From positions 33,751,851-33,815,850 of the forward strand of contig NC_057718.1 of assembly GCF_004010195.1 (NCBI RefSeq): a stretch of 64,000 nt of DNA, written 5' to 3'. This document shows positions 1 through 11,084 of this stretch, piece by piece. The stretch is from Chiloscyllium plagiosum. Taxonomy: Eukaryota. Under the pieces are notes generated by a model. The model had not been told where the DNA came from. It made no database searches and saw nothing but the letters and a program-made list of their open reading frames with translations. The position numbers and the translations under genes were made by a program. Position 1 is the first letter of the stretch; the number at the start of each line of letters is the position of its first letter.

Positions 1-2765
1 CCAACCCTGGCAACATCCTTGTAAATCTTTTCTGAACCCTTTCAAGTTTCACAACATCTTTCCAATAGGAAGGAGACCAGAATTGCACGCAATATTCTAA
101 CAGTGGCATAACCAATGTCCTGTACAGCCGCAACATGACCTCCAAACTCCTGTAATCAATACTCTGACCAATAAAGGAAAGCATACTAAACACCGCCTTC
201 ACTATTCTATCTACCTGCGACTCCACTTTCAAGGAGCTATGAATCTGTAGTCCAAGGTCTCTTTGTTCAGAAACACTCCCTAGGACCTTACCATTAAGTG
301 TATGAGTCCTGCTAAGATTTGCTTTCCCAAACTGCAGCACCTTGCATTTATTGGAATTAAACTCCACCTGCCACTTCTTAGCCCATTGGCCCATCTGGTC
401 AAGATCCTGTTGTAATCTGAGGTAACCTTCTTCGCTGACAACTACACCTCCAATTTTGGTGTCATCGGCAAACTTACCAACTATACTTGTTATGCTCACA
501 TCCAAATCCTTTATATAAATGACGAAAAATAGAGGACCCAGCACCGATCCTTGTGGCACTCCACTGGTCACAGGCCTCCAGTCTTTGGTGTCATCGGCAA
601 ACTTACCAACTATACTTGTTATGCTCACATCCAAATCCTTATATAAATGACGAAAAATAGAGGACCCAGCACCGATCCTTGTGGCACTCCACTGGTCACA
701 GGGGCCTCCAGTCTGAAAAACAACCCTCCACCACCACCCTCTGTCTTCTACCTTTGAGTCAGTTCTGAATCCAAATGCCTAGTTCTCCCTGTATTCCATG
801 AGGTCTAACCTTGCTAACCAGTCTCCCATGGGGAACCTTGTTGAATGCCTTACTGAAGTCCATATAGATCACATCTACCGCCCTGCTCTCATCAATCCTC
901 TTTGTTACTTCTTCAAAAAATTCAATCAAGTTTGTGAAACATGATTTCCCACACACAAAACCATGTTAACTATCCCTAATCAGTCCTTGCCTTTCCAAAT
1001 ACATGTACATCCTGTCCCTCAGGATTCCCTCCAACAACATGCCCACCACTGATGTCAGGCTTACTGGTATGTAGTTCCCTGGCTTGTCCTTACCACCCTT
1101 CTTAAACAGTGGTACCACGTTTGCCAACCTCCAGTGTTCCGGCACCTCACTTGTGGCTATTAATGATATAAGTATCTCGGCAAGAGGCCCAGCAATCACT
1201 TCCCTAGTTCCCACAGAGATCTGGGGTATATCTGATCAGGTCCTGGAGATTTATCCACCTTTATGCGTTTCAAGACATCCAGCATTTCTTGCTCTGTAAT
1301 ATGGACATTTTTAAGATGTCACCATCTATTTCCCTTCATTCTATATCTTCCATGTCCTTTTCTACAATAAATATTGATGCAAAATACTTGTTTAGTATCT
1401 CCCCCAATTTCTGCGGTTCCACACAAAGGCCGCCTTGCTGATCTTTGAGGGGCCCTATTCTCTCCCTGGTTACCCTTTTGTCCTTAATATATTTGTAGAA
1501 ACTCTTTGGATTCTCCTTAATTCTATTTGTCAATGCTACCTCATATCCCCTTTTTGCCCTCCTGATTTTCCACTTAAGTATACTCCTATTGCATTTATAC
1601 TCTTCTAAGGATTCACTCGATCTATCCTTTCTGCTCCTGACATATGCTTCTTTCTGTTTCTTAACCAAACCCTCAATTTCTTAGGTCATTCAGCATTCCC
1701 TTTACCTACCAGCCTTTCCTTTCACCCTGACAGGAATATACTTTCTCGGGATTCTTGTTACCTCATTTCTGAAGGCTTCCCATTTTCCAGTCGTCCGTTT
1801 ATCTGCGAACATCTGCTCCCAATCAGCTTTCGTAAGTTCTTACCTAATACCGTCAAAATTGGCCTTTCTCCAATTTAGAACTTCAACTTTTAGATCTGGT
1901 CTATCCTATTCATTATGGTCGCTGGCCCCAAAATGCTCCCCACTGACACCTCAGTCACCTGCCCTGTCTTATTTCCCAAGTGTAGGTCACATTTTGCACC
2001 TTCTCTCGTAGGTACATCCACACACTGAATCAGAAAATTTTCTTGTACATACTTAACAAATTCCTCTCCATCTAAACCCTTAACACTGTCTTTTTCCATG
2101 CTGTCCATCTCTATGACTATGGCAGTCCCAGTCTATGTTTGGAAAGTTTAAAATCTCCTACCATATCCACCCTATTATTCTTACAGATAGCTGAGATCTC
2201 CTTACAAGTTTGTTTTTCAATTTCCCTCTGACTATTAGGGGGTCTACAATACAATCCGAATAAGATGATCATCCCTTTCTTATTTCTCAGTTCCACCGAA
2301 ATAACTTCCCTGGATGTATTTCTGAGAATATCCTCCCTCAGTACGGCTGTAATGCTATCCCTTATCAAAAACTCTGCTCCCCCTCCTCTCTTGCCTCCCT
2401 TTTTATCCTTCCTGTAGCATTTGTATTCTGGAACATTAAGCTGCCAGTCCTGCCCATCCCTGAGCCATGTTTCTGTAATTGCTATGATATCCCAGTCCCA
2501 TGTTCCTAACCATGCGCTAAGTTCGTCTGCCTTCCCTGTTCAGCCCCTTGCATTGAAGTAAATGCAGTTTTTAATTTATTAGTCCTACCTTGTCCCTGCC
2601 TGCCTTGACTGACTCGCTTCTATTCTCAATATATACCAGTCTCGGATTGATCTCTTTCCTCACTATCTTCCTGGCGCCCCCCCCCACCACCACCCTTGTT
2701 TAAATCCTCCTGAGCAGCTCTAGCAAATCTCCCTGCTCGTCTTAGTTCCCTTCCAATTTAGGTGC
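1..2765 (-). mobile_element. CR1/HER1-type LINE, decayed ORF2 (APE endonuclease + reverse transcriptase), runs off the window start
   Basis: Minus-strand ORF fragments GKSCFTNLIEFFEEVTK..DVIYMDFSKAFNKVPH, WRLANVVPLFKKGGKDKPGNY, GLYCRPPNS..MVGDF; multiple stops and frameshifts. Confidence 0.93.
455..713. repeat. Tandem duplication of about 129 bp inside the LINE
   Basis: 455-583 is repeated at 584-713; the copies differ only by small homopolymer indels. Confidence 0.9.
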
Positions 2766-2984
2766 AATACTTAGTTTTTGAAACCCTGAATGACCATGAA
2801 ATGGGGACAAAGCTGAGCTCACTCATTCTCTTGATGTTTTATTCAATAACGTTTTGCATTACTGCTTCATGCTGATGTTCACTGTTGCTTGCTTTGGCAG
2901 ATCTTTGTGTACGTTATTTTTTCAAGTAAAATTGCAGTTGATGAGCTGTAAAGTAGAGCAGTTTTGTCCTTGGAATCATTAAAA

Positions 2985-3270
2985 CAATGACTTGAATTTA
3001 TTTAAAAAAAAGCTTTCTCACAACTGTGTTTCAAAGTACATTACAACCAAAGAAGTACTTTTTGAAATATGGTCACTATTATAATGCAAGTAATGTAGCA
3101 CCTAATTTGCATACAGCAAATTGGAAATAACCAGATAATCTGTTTTTGTGATACTGATGGAGGAATAAATTTTGAAAAGGCAACAAGGGATGTCTTCCCT
3201 CCTTAAAAATATTAGAATAATTTTTTTGTGTCCATGTGAGCAGGCAGATGGTGCCTTAGTTTAATTCACT
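2985..3270 (-). mobile_element. Old Deu-domain SINE remnant (SacSINE1/AmnSINE1 superfamily)
   Basis: Motifs gaagtactttttgaa..gtcact..taatg..aatttgc.acagcaa..ccagataatctgtttttgtgat..gataaat..tccatgtgag.aggcagatgg.gcct.gtttaa follow the reverse complement of the Deu domain as I recall it. Confidence 0.7.
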
Positions 3271-3590
3271 CGTGTTTATGTCTGGCGTTCATTCTCCACA
3301 GTATCTTGCTATTGTTATAACTATACATTTGAAAATGTAAATTTTACGTGCAATCCTGAACTTGAAATGGCACAATTGCACCTTTCTTTGCCAATTTTTC
3401 TCCTCCTTAAGTACTGTGACACTTAAGGGCAACTGTTTGTGTGCTAGCAGCACCCCAGTGCCTAATCAAAATTACCATTCTTATATCTGAATCTGGACAG
3501 AATCTACTGAGTTGTAAAGGACATAATAGTCCAGCACAATCACAACCATGTTCACTTATGTTTACTTTATAGTATGATAGGCTGCCCAAT

Positions 3591-3750
3591 CTTTAGATTA
3601 GAGTTGTGCTGGAAAAGCACAGCAGGTCAGGCAGCATCCGAGGAGCAGGAAAATCGACATTTCAGGCAAAAGCCCTTCAGGAAACTTCCACTCTGAGCAC
3701 CACTCTGATCTAAACTCTGGCTTCCAGCATCTGCAGTCCTCACTTTTGCC
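3591..3750. mobile_element. Short fold-back Penelope-derived (pLTR/hammerhead) element
   Basis: Inverted truncated arm plus terminal ...ccagcatctgcagtcctcacttttgcc; 13-bp TSD taggc/ttgcccaat at 3578-3590 and 3751-3763. Confidence 0.8.
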
Positions 3751-5059
3751 TAGGTTGCCCAATTTGGCAATGGATCTCTAGATTGTTTTTTAGTTTCAGT
3801 TCTGCTTAATCCAGAGCTCTGAGGCTATTGTGGAGGTTTAGTTCCTGAAGTGACTGAGACCTATTGATTCAGCATGGATCAGAAATCTCAAACACTCAAG
3901 TCTTTACAGCCTAAAGCGACAATATCATGTGGTATTTTTCTTACTAAGCCTTTGACCAGGCATTTTTATTGTGTTATTGTTCTAGTGTACTCAATGAGGT
4001 ATCAGTTCGTGGGCGTGTGGGTGTGAGAAGAGAGTAGGGGCTGATTGGCAGAGGTCAGAGACAGCCTTCAGTGAGCATTGGTTCAGATCAATTTAGAGGG
4101 ATGGTTCAAAGTGATTGCTCCACTCACCTAAACCAATGATTTGAACCTGGAATGACCTAGTCTGATGCAGGGTCTCTTGCTGGTATTATCATCTTATTTG
4201 TATATGCAAAGAATCAACTGCATATTTCTTAATTAGTTCTTGGATGTCTAGAATTTGTCTGACTCAAAATGAATTTTTGATTATCGCCTATTGGAGAATA
4301 AAGGACCTTTACAGGATGGTTAAGGCTTTGTGAAATTTCTAGGCCATAGGATTGTGAGGAAATTGCCATCTTTAACCACTAAATGGTTCTAAACAGTTTT
4401 AACAGTGAATACCTTTGTCTTCTGACAATAAGTTGTTTTTTACAGCTCGTGTTATCAATTTTGCTTGTAGGTAGTCTTGAAACTCTCATCACATAATGCC
4501 TAAATAGATTATTGCATTTATGCTATGAAGGCTAGATCTCATTTAGTTGTACATCTTTGCCTATGATTTTGCAATAGCTGTGCTGCACAAAAGGTTATGG
4601 GAACTACATGGCCACCACAGGTTGACAAAGAAAGGAAATCAATGGTGGGGAAGAGGGGGAAACTGAAGGTGGAAGATAGATTGACAGGGTGAAAATCCAA
4701 GAGTAGAAAGAATATTTGTTTCTGAGTAATAGTAATGATAGCAACTGACTGGAATTATATCAATAGCAGTCGCTAATACTGATAATACATAATATTATCA
4801 ACTTTCCAGCACTGCTCTAGAGTTGCTAGGAATTGAAGATTAGCCTTCTGGGCATGGAGCAACCTAGGAATAAAATCATAAGGTGTTCTGAACAATTGTA
4901 GTATTTTTCATATGCTTTTAATGCTTAGTTACTAAAATACTAGAGATGGAATAACTGGTCCAGTTGGAGAAGGGAGTTCATGTGATGAAACTTCCTGGAA
5001 TACATCCAATGAGAATTGATAATTTTAACACACATTCCTTATTGTATAATTGCTGCATT

Positions 5060-5365
5060 GCTACCATTTATGTACAAACTATCTATAACTAGTAAATCAG
5101 CTCTGCAACCCTTTGGAAGTCTGCGTTCCTCTTATTCTGATCCCTTCTCCATCCTGTTTTTCTTTTTTTCTTGCCCCCTGTATCTTTCAGATGCCTAAGC
5201 TCTAAGCTCTGGAATTCCTTTCCTGAATCTTCCCCCCCCCCCCCCCCCCCCACCCTTTTTTTTTCAAGTTTATAATCACCTGGGCACAAAATTCTTGTGG
5301 CTTTGTGTCAAATCCTGTGGAGCAATTTGTGACATTTTATGGTGCTAAAGATTCTACATAATTAA
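5060..5365 (+). mobile_element. L2-like LINE 3' end remnant with C20/T9 run
   Basis: tctgcgttcctc...tttcagatgcctaagctctaagctctggaattcc...cctgtggagcaattt...ttttatggtgctaaag resembles decayed L2 3' termini. Confidence 0.5.
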
Positions 5366-5585
5366 ACACTTATAATTACAACCTGTAACACCTTGCACTG
5401 CACAATGTACATTTGATATTACAAACAATCCTCCTCTCTCCCTGTTTCTTTGGACTCTGAGACTGTAATTTGGATTCTGGTTCTGTATGAAGATGATGAC
5501 TCTGCTGGAAACCGATTTGTACTTGGCGTTCACATACGGAAACTGGTTGGCTCAGATGAACCTGAACCAAGCTGACAGGCTCTGT

Positions 5586-5657
5586 CAAGATTAGAGTGCT
5601 GGAAAAGCACAGCAGGTCAGGCAGCATCTATGGAGCAGGAAAATTGACATTTCGGGC
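5586..5657 (-). mobile_element. Fragment of the same short Penelope-derived element
   Basis: gtgctggaaaagcacagcaggtcaggcagcatc...gacatttcgggc, ending in the ribozyme stem II; flanked by ggctctgt at 5578-5585 and 5655-5662. Confidence 0.75.
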
Positions 5658-6424
5658 TCTGTGTCTAGGTAACCTCTATCAGGATAATTTATCCTGAACT
5701 CAACTTGTCTCCAACATTTGCAAACTATTCCTCTGGCTTGAATCCAGTAAATAGAATTACAAAATGGGAGGAGGCTCTTGAAGCATATTAATGTTCTATC
5801 CTGTAAACCTGTTTTCCTGATCTTTTTACAATTCTTCCTTTTCAACTACTTTAATTTATTTTCTTTCAAATTATATTCCAAGTACCGTCCTAATAGTGAC
5901 TTTTTGTGAAATATCTATGGCTCTAATAACATTCAGGGTTAAAGCATTTATTTCCCCTTGGTTCTTGCAGTACAAATCCAAGGCTGTATCCCCAATTCAT
6001 TCAGCAGTGGAAACAACCTTCCATTATTCTCTCAGTAAGGTTGCCAGGTTTCACTCATCCCTTTACTGGATACTTCTCTCTCTCGTCACTGCTCCCACTC
6101 ACCACATTTCTGCTACTGCTGTTTCTGCATATTCCGGAATGTCAAGACTTCCATTAGCTCCTTTCCATTGGCACATTCCAGGTTGAAACAAGCTTCTTGT
6201 GAACCTTTAGGATCTGTCAATTCCTTGGTGTCTTTGATATGCTTGTGGCAGTGTAGATTGCAGTGTGAGAATAAGTCCTTTTCAATAGAAACCACACCTC
6301 GCATGTGCTAACCCTGAGTGTGTCCAGGGGAGTTACAGTTTTGCATTTAAAATTTTTTCTGACACCAGAATGTTTCACTTCCAAAACACAGAATATTTCT
6401 CAGCTTTTGATATCATCTCCCTCA

Positions 6425-6643
6425 GGAGAAAGTGAGGTCTGCAGATGCTGGAGATCAGAGCTGAAAATGTGTTGCTGGAAAAGCGCAGCAGGTCAGGCAG
6501 CATCCAGGGAACAGGAGAATCGACGTTTCGGGCATAAGCCCTTCAGGAAGCCTGAAGAAGGGTTTATGCCCGAAACATCGATTCTCCTGTTCCCTGGATG
6601 CTGCCTGACCTGCTACGCTTTTCCAGCAACACATTTTCAGCTC
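6425..6643. mobile_element. Fold-back Penelope-derived mini-element with perfect 15-bp TSD
   Basis: Arms 6458-6544 and 6557-6643 are near-perfect reverse complements; TSD atatcatctccctca at 6410-6424 and 6644-6658. Confidence 0.9.
6550..6582 (+). ncRNA. Minimal type-I hammerhead ribozyme motif
   Basis: CTGAAGA (6552-6558), A, GGG-tttatg-CCC stem II, GAAACATC (6572-6579); the opposite arm gives the GAAACGTC variant. Stem I is very weak. Confidence 0.65.
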
Positions 6644-6872
6644 ATATCATCTCCCTCATTTGATTGGCAATAACAAGTTGCTATGTCATCAGTCTCTCAA
6701 CAATTAAGAAAAAATAAGGCTGAAATCACTGTATCAGTTATTATATTCAGTTCAAATTTTAAGTTAAAATACAGGTAATCAGAATGTGATAGCTGAAGAT
6801 TTGAAAAAATGAATTAAAGGAAATCAAAATCCATTTTTATCTTGTAAATGGTTTATTACAATATTGTACTGA

Positions 6873-7200
6873 TAAACATCCCCATCCTTAATAATGGGGA
6901 GCCCAGTCTGGAGTGCAAAAGGATAAGGCTGATGTATTTGCAAGAACCTTCAGTAAGAGGTGTTGATCCATTTCAACCTCCTGCAAAGGTCCTCAGCATC
7001 ACATTGCCAGTCCTCTGCCAATTCAGTTCACTCTGTGATATCAAGAAATTGTTGGAGGCACTGGATCCTGCAAAGCCTATGACAGTGACAACATTCCAGT
7101 AATAGCACTTGAAGACTTGTCCTCCAGAATTTTCCATGCTACTCACCAAACTGTTCCGGTACAGCTACATCACTAGTGTCTACCTAACCATGTAGAAAAT
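6873..7200 (+). mobile_element. Old non-LTR retrotransposon fragment (pre-RT region, CR1/L2 superclade, distinct from HER1)
   Basis: Decayed NIPILNNG....K.KA..F....DIKKLLEALDPAKPM..D.IP...LKTCPPE....LTKLFRYSY.T.VY, the typical region preceding an RT domain. Confidence 0.65.
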
Positions 7201-7204
7201 TAGA

Positions 7205-7520
7205 ATTGTAGAATCCCTACAGTGTAGATAGAGGCTATTTAGGCCAGCAGGTGTGCACTGACCCTCTGAAGAGCATCCCACCCTATCCCTGTAACCTTGT
7301 AAATACCATAGTTAACCCACCTAGCCTGCACATCCTTGAATACTGAATCCAATTTCACATGGTCAGTTCACGTGACCTGTACATCTTTGGACTGTGGGAA
7401 GAAGCCAAAGCTCCCAGAAGAAACCCACACAGACGTACGGAGAATGTGCAAAAACCCAAGGCTGGATTCAAACCCAAGTCCTTAGTGCTGTGGAGCTGCA
7501 GTGCTAGCCACTGTGCCACC
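7205..7520 (-). mobile_element. HE1-type V-SINE (decayed)
   Basis: Reverse complement begins ggtggcacagtggctagcactgcagct; central cagtccaaagatgtacagg; tail shared with HER1. Confidence 0.8.
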
Positions 7521-7885
7521 ATTTCCATCAGAGGGTATTAAAGGAAATAGGGGAGCACATTATAGATGCCCTAACTATATAGTCTTTTAAGTTTTAAATA
7601 TACAGGAGTCATCCCTATAGATTTAAAAAAATGCACGTGACTGCTTTTTAAGAAGGGAGAAAGAGGAAAACTAGAGAAATAGAGAGCAGTTAGTCTAACA
7701 TCTTTGGTGGGGAAATTATTGTAGTCTATAATCAAGAGGGTGGTAACCGAAAAGCTAACGAAGTTTCAGTTAATCAAGTAGAGCAGCAGAAATCACAACG
7801 ACCTGTGTTAGAGCCTTAATTGTTCATATTTTTTATTAATGACTTGGATAATGGATAGAAACTCATATATCCACATTTGCTAATG

Positions 7886-8195
7886 TGGATTGTGGCTCAG
7901 TGGTTAGCACTGCTGCCTCACAGCACCAGAGACCCAGCTTCGATTCCAGCCTTGGGCGACTGTCTGTGTGGAGTTTGTACATTCTCCCCATGTCCTCCGG
8001 GTCTTCTAGCTTCCTCTCACAGTCCAAAGATGTGCAGGTTGGGTGAATTGGCCATGCTAAATTGCCCATGGTGTTTAGTGCATTAGTTAGAGGAAAACCG
8101 GTCTAGGTGGTTTACTCTTCGGAGAGTTGGTGTGGACTTGTGGGGCCGAAGGGCCTGTTTCCACACTGTAGGAAATCTAATCTAATCTAATCTAA
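7886..8195 (+). mobile_element. HE1 V-SINE inserted in the RT FADD motif of a CR1
   Basis: gtggctcagtggttagcactgctgcctcacagc A-box, ttcgattcc B-box, (aatct)n tail; ctaatg duplicated on both sides. Confidence 0.9.
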
Positions 8196-9335
8196 TGACA
8201 TAAAGTTAGGCAGGATTGTAGTTGGTGTAGATGATAGCATAAAATTACAAATGATAAACTCTGCAACAAGAATATTTTTCAGGGACCTTATGCTTTTGGT
8301 TAAGAGTCCTGAGTGCATCTCATTTTCAATTTCAGTTTTCTTAGACCAGCTGTACTAGACCTGGTTTTGACAAATGAATGGATTGATTACTGACCTAGTG
8401 AAAGTGCCCCTGGATAGCAGTGACCATAACATTAATTTTACATACAATTTAAGGGAGAGATGAGGGTCCAAGACTACCACTTTGTACTTAAACATGGACA
8501 AATATGAAGGCTTGAAAGCAGAGCTTGTGAAAGTGAACTGGCAATTTAAGTTGAAGGACAGGTCAATAGAGATACAGTGACAAACATTTAGGTGGATATT
8601 CCGAAAAGTACAAAATAGACACAGTTGAACAAATAAGACCTGACTACTGTGGCTGGTCAGAAGATTCGACAGATATTTTTTAAACTACTAAGAGTACAAG
8701 AAAAAGTTAACCAAAAATATAAAAATAGATGGCCTTTCTTCAGATCTTTTAAAAGAAAATAAAGAGAGGTAACAAGGTAAATGTTGGTTCTATAGGAAGG
8801 GAGTCTGGGGAATTAGTGACGGAGGATAAAGAGGTAGAAGACGAATTGAACAGATACCTTTGTATCGGTCTTCACTAGAGAGGATACAAGTAGCATCCCA
8901 GAAATAGCTGCAAATCAGAAATTGAAAAGGACGAAACCGAGAAAGTTAACAGCAGGGAAGTAGTACTCAGTAAATTGTTGAAACTGAGAGTTGGTAAGTC
9001 CCTAGACCTGGATGGATTTCATCTTGGGGTCTTAAATCAAGTAGTGGAATATTGATGTGTTGGTTTTAGTTTTCTAAAACACATTGGACGAGGGGAAGAT
9101 TCCTTTCGACTGGAAAATAGCTAATGTAACTCCTTTTATTCAAAAGGGAACAAGGCAGACTCCCCAGACTCCCTTCCTATAGAACCAACAGACTGCTGAG
9201 CTTAACAACTGTCTTGTGGCAAGTGTTAGAAGCTGATATTAAAGATGTTATAACAGGACACTAAGACAACTTCAAGGTAATCAGGCTGTTTTGACCAGAA
9301 GATGTAGGAACAGAAGTAGGCCATTATACTTATCA

Positions 9336-9446
9336 AGGTAAAAACAATGACTGCAGATGCTGGAAACCAGATTCTGGATTAGTGGTGCTGGAAGAGCACA
9401 GCAGTTCAGGCAGCATCCGAGGAGCAGTAAAATCGACGTTTTGGGC
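9336..9446 (-). mobile_element. Short Penelope-derived element, variant subfamily
   Basis: aggtaaaaacaatgactgcagatgctgg...aatcgacgttttgggc; TSD acttatc(a/g)ag at 9328-9337 and 9447-9456. Confidence 0.78.
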
Positions 9447-9475
9447 ACTTATCGAGTCTACTGTACCATTCAGTG

Positions 9476-9790
9476 AGATTAGATTAGATTAGATTGCTTA
9501 CGGTGTGGAAACAGGCCCTTCAGCCCAACAAGTCCACACTGACCCGCCGAAGTACAACCCACCTAGACCCATGCCCCTACATTTACCCCTTCACCTAACA
9601 CTATGGGCAATTTAGCATGGTCAATTCACCTAACCTGCACATGTTTGGACTGAGAGGAAACCGGAGCACTCGAAGAAAATCACGCAGACACGGGGAGAGT
9701 GTGCAAATTCCACACAGTCACTCGCCTGAGGTGGGAATTGAACCCGGGTCTCTGGCATTGTGAGGCAGCAGTGCTAACCACCGTGCCACT
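9476..9790 (-). mobile_element. HE1 V-SINE
   Basis: (agatt)n tail, gggaattgaacccggg B-box and gcagtgctaaccaccgtgcc head; TSD agtgagat. Confidence 0.9.
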
Positions 9791-11084
9791 CACAAGTGAG
9801 ATGGTTGATCTGATAATATGATATTGATATGATAATTTTGTTAAAAGGGAATTGTGTTTAACTTTTTGAATGAGGTGCCACGTGAAATGCTGTTGTGAAA
9901 ATAGAAGCTCATGGTGTAGCGGTAACATATTGGTAACATGCTGGTATCGATTAAAAATTGGTTGGTTAACAGGAAGCAAATAGTAGGAAGAAATGGGTCT
10001 TTTATGGGCTGGTAGGATGTGACGAATGGTGTGCCACAGGGGATGGTGCTCAGGCCCCAACTCTTCACATTTATATCAATGATTTGGATGAAAAGACCGA
10101 AGTTATGGTAACTAAATTTTGCTGATGACACAAAGGTAGGTAAGAAAGTGATTCATGAAGAGGACATGAGTGTACAAAGGGATATAGTTAGGCTAAGTGA
10201 GTTAGCAAAGGTTTGGCAAATGTGATGTGGGAAAGTGCAAAATTGTCCATTTTTGCAGAAAAAGTATAAAATCTCATTCAAAAGAAGCAATGGTGAGAGG
10301 ATGCAGAGCTAAGATGCAGACAGATTTGGGTGTACTTTTGCAAGAATCGTTGAAGGGTAGAATGCAAATATCGCAAATAGTTGAGAAAGCTAACAGATTG
10401 TTATGATTCATTGTGAGTGGAATTTAATGCAGGAGTAAGGAGATTATCTTTCATTTATATAACAATGATGAGACTGCATCATACACTACACTTACAGAAA
10501 GATATTAATGCAGTTCAGAAAAGGTTGACTTGTCCAATACCTGGAATGAGCAAATTGCTTTTTGAGGAAAGGCTAGATAGTCTAGACTTGTATCCTCTGG
10601 AAATTAGAAGAGTCAGGTGTGACTCAGTTGAAGCATGTAAGATCCTGAAGGGACTTCACTGGGTGGATGTTAAGAAGGTGTTTCCTCTTGGAGAATCTAG
10701 AACGAGGGATCATGGTTTAAAAATAAGGAGTGACTTATTTAAGACAGAGATGATGAAACATTGTTTTCACAATGTTTCTAACATTGAGACCGTTAGAATT
10801 TCTTTCCTCACATGTCAGAGCAGGCTCAAAGGATATAGTGGCCTACTCGTATTCTCTGTTCATATGTTCTTGTTTATTTTTGAAGCAGACGTTTATTTCA
10901 TGCAATGAGAGATTCCAGGGGGATCATTTTGTGGCTGTTATTTTACTAACGAAAATAAAAAAGATGGGATGAAGGAACTTGAATTGGGATCCAATGTTGT
11001 TGTGCAGAGTAGGCAGTGACTTGGGTGTGGCCTATACAATAAGAAAAATTATCTTTGTTCTGCTTACTCAGTTTCTTTTATTGT

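Larger units (their letters stand above)
7521..10870 (+). mobile_element. Cluster of old CR1-type LINE fragments, interrupted by SINEs and a Penelope-derived element
   Basis: Decayed WKIANVTPLF.K, GVPQGMVL.PQLFT.YINDL, KFADDTK and 3' region ERLDSLDLYPLEIRRVR..ESRTRDH.LKI. Confidence 0.8.

Noticed and set aside
5232..5264. C20/T9 homopolymer as a functional G-quadruplex
   Set aside because: Expanded pyrimidine tract inside a decayed L2-like tail; no other support.
6425..6643. MITE, pre-miRNA or CRISPR-like repeat
   Set aside because: Arms are asymmetric and not terminal, TSDs are long and variable, and copies are dispersed with no spacer array.
6305..6673. 122-aa ORF and similar MLPDLL/CCLTCC ORFs elsewhere
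   Set aside because: Chance read-through of the palindromic mini-element; the shared peptides reflect the repeat, not a protein family.
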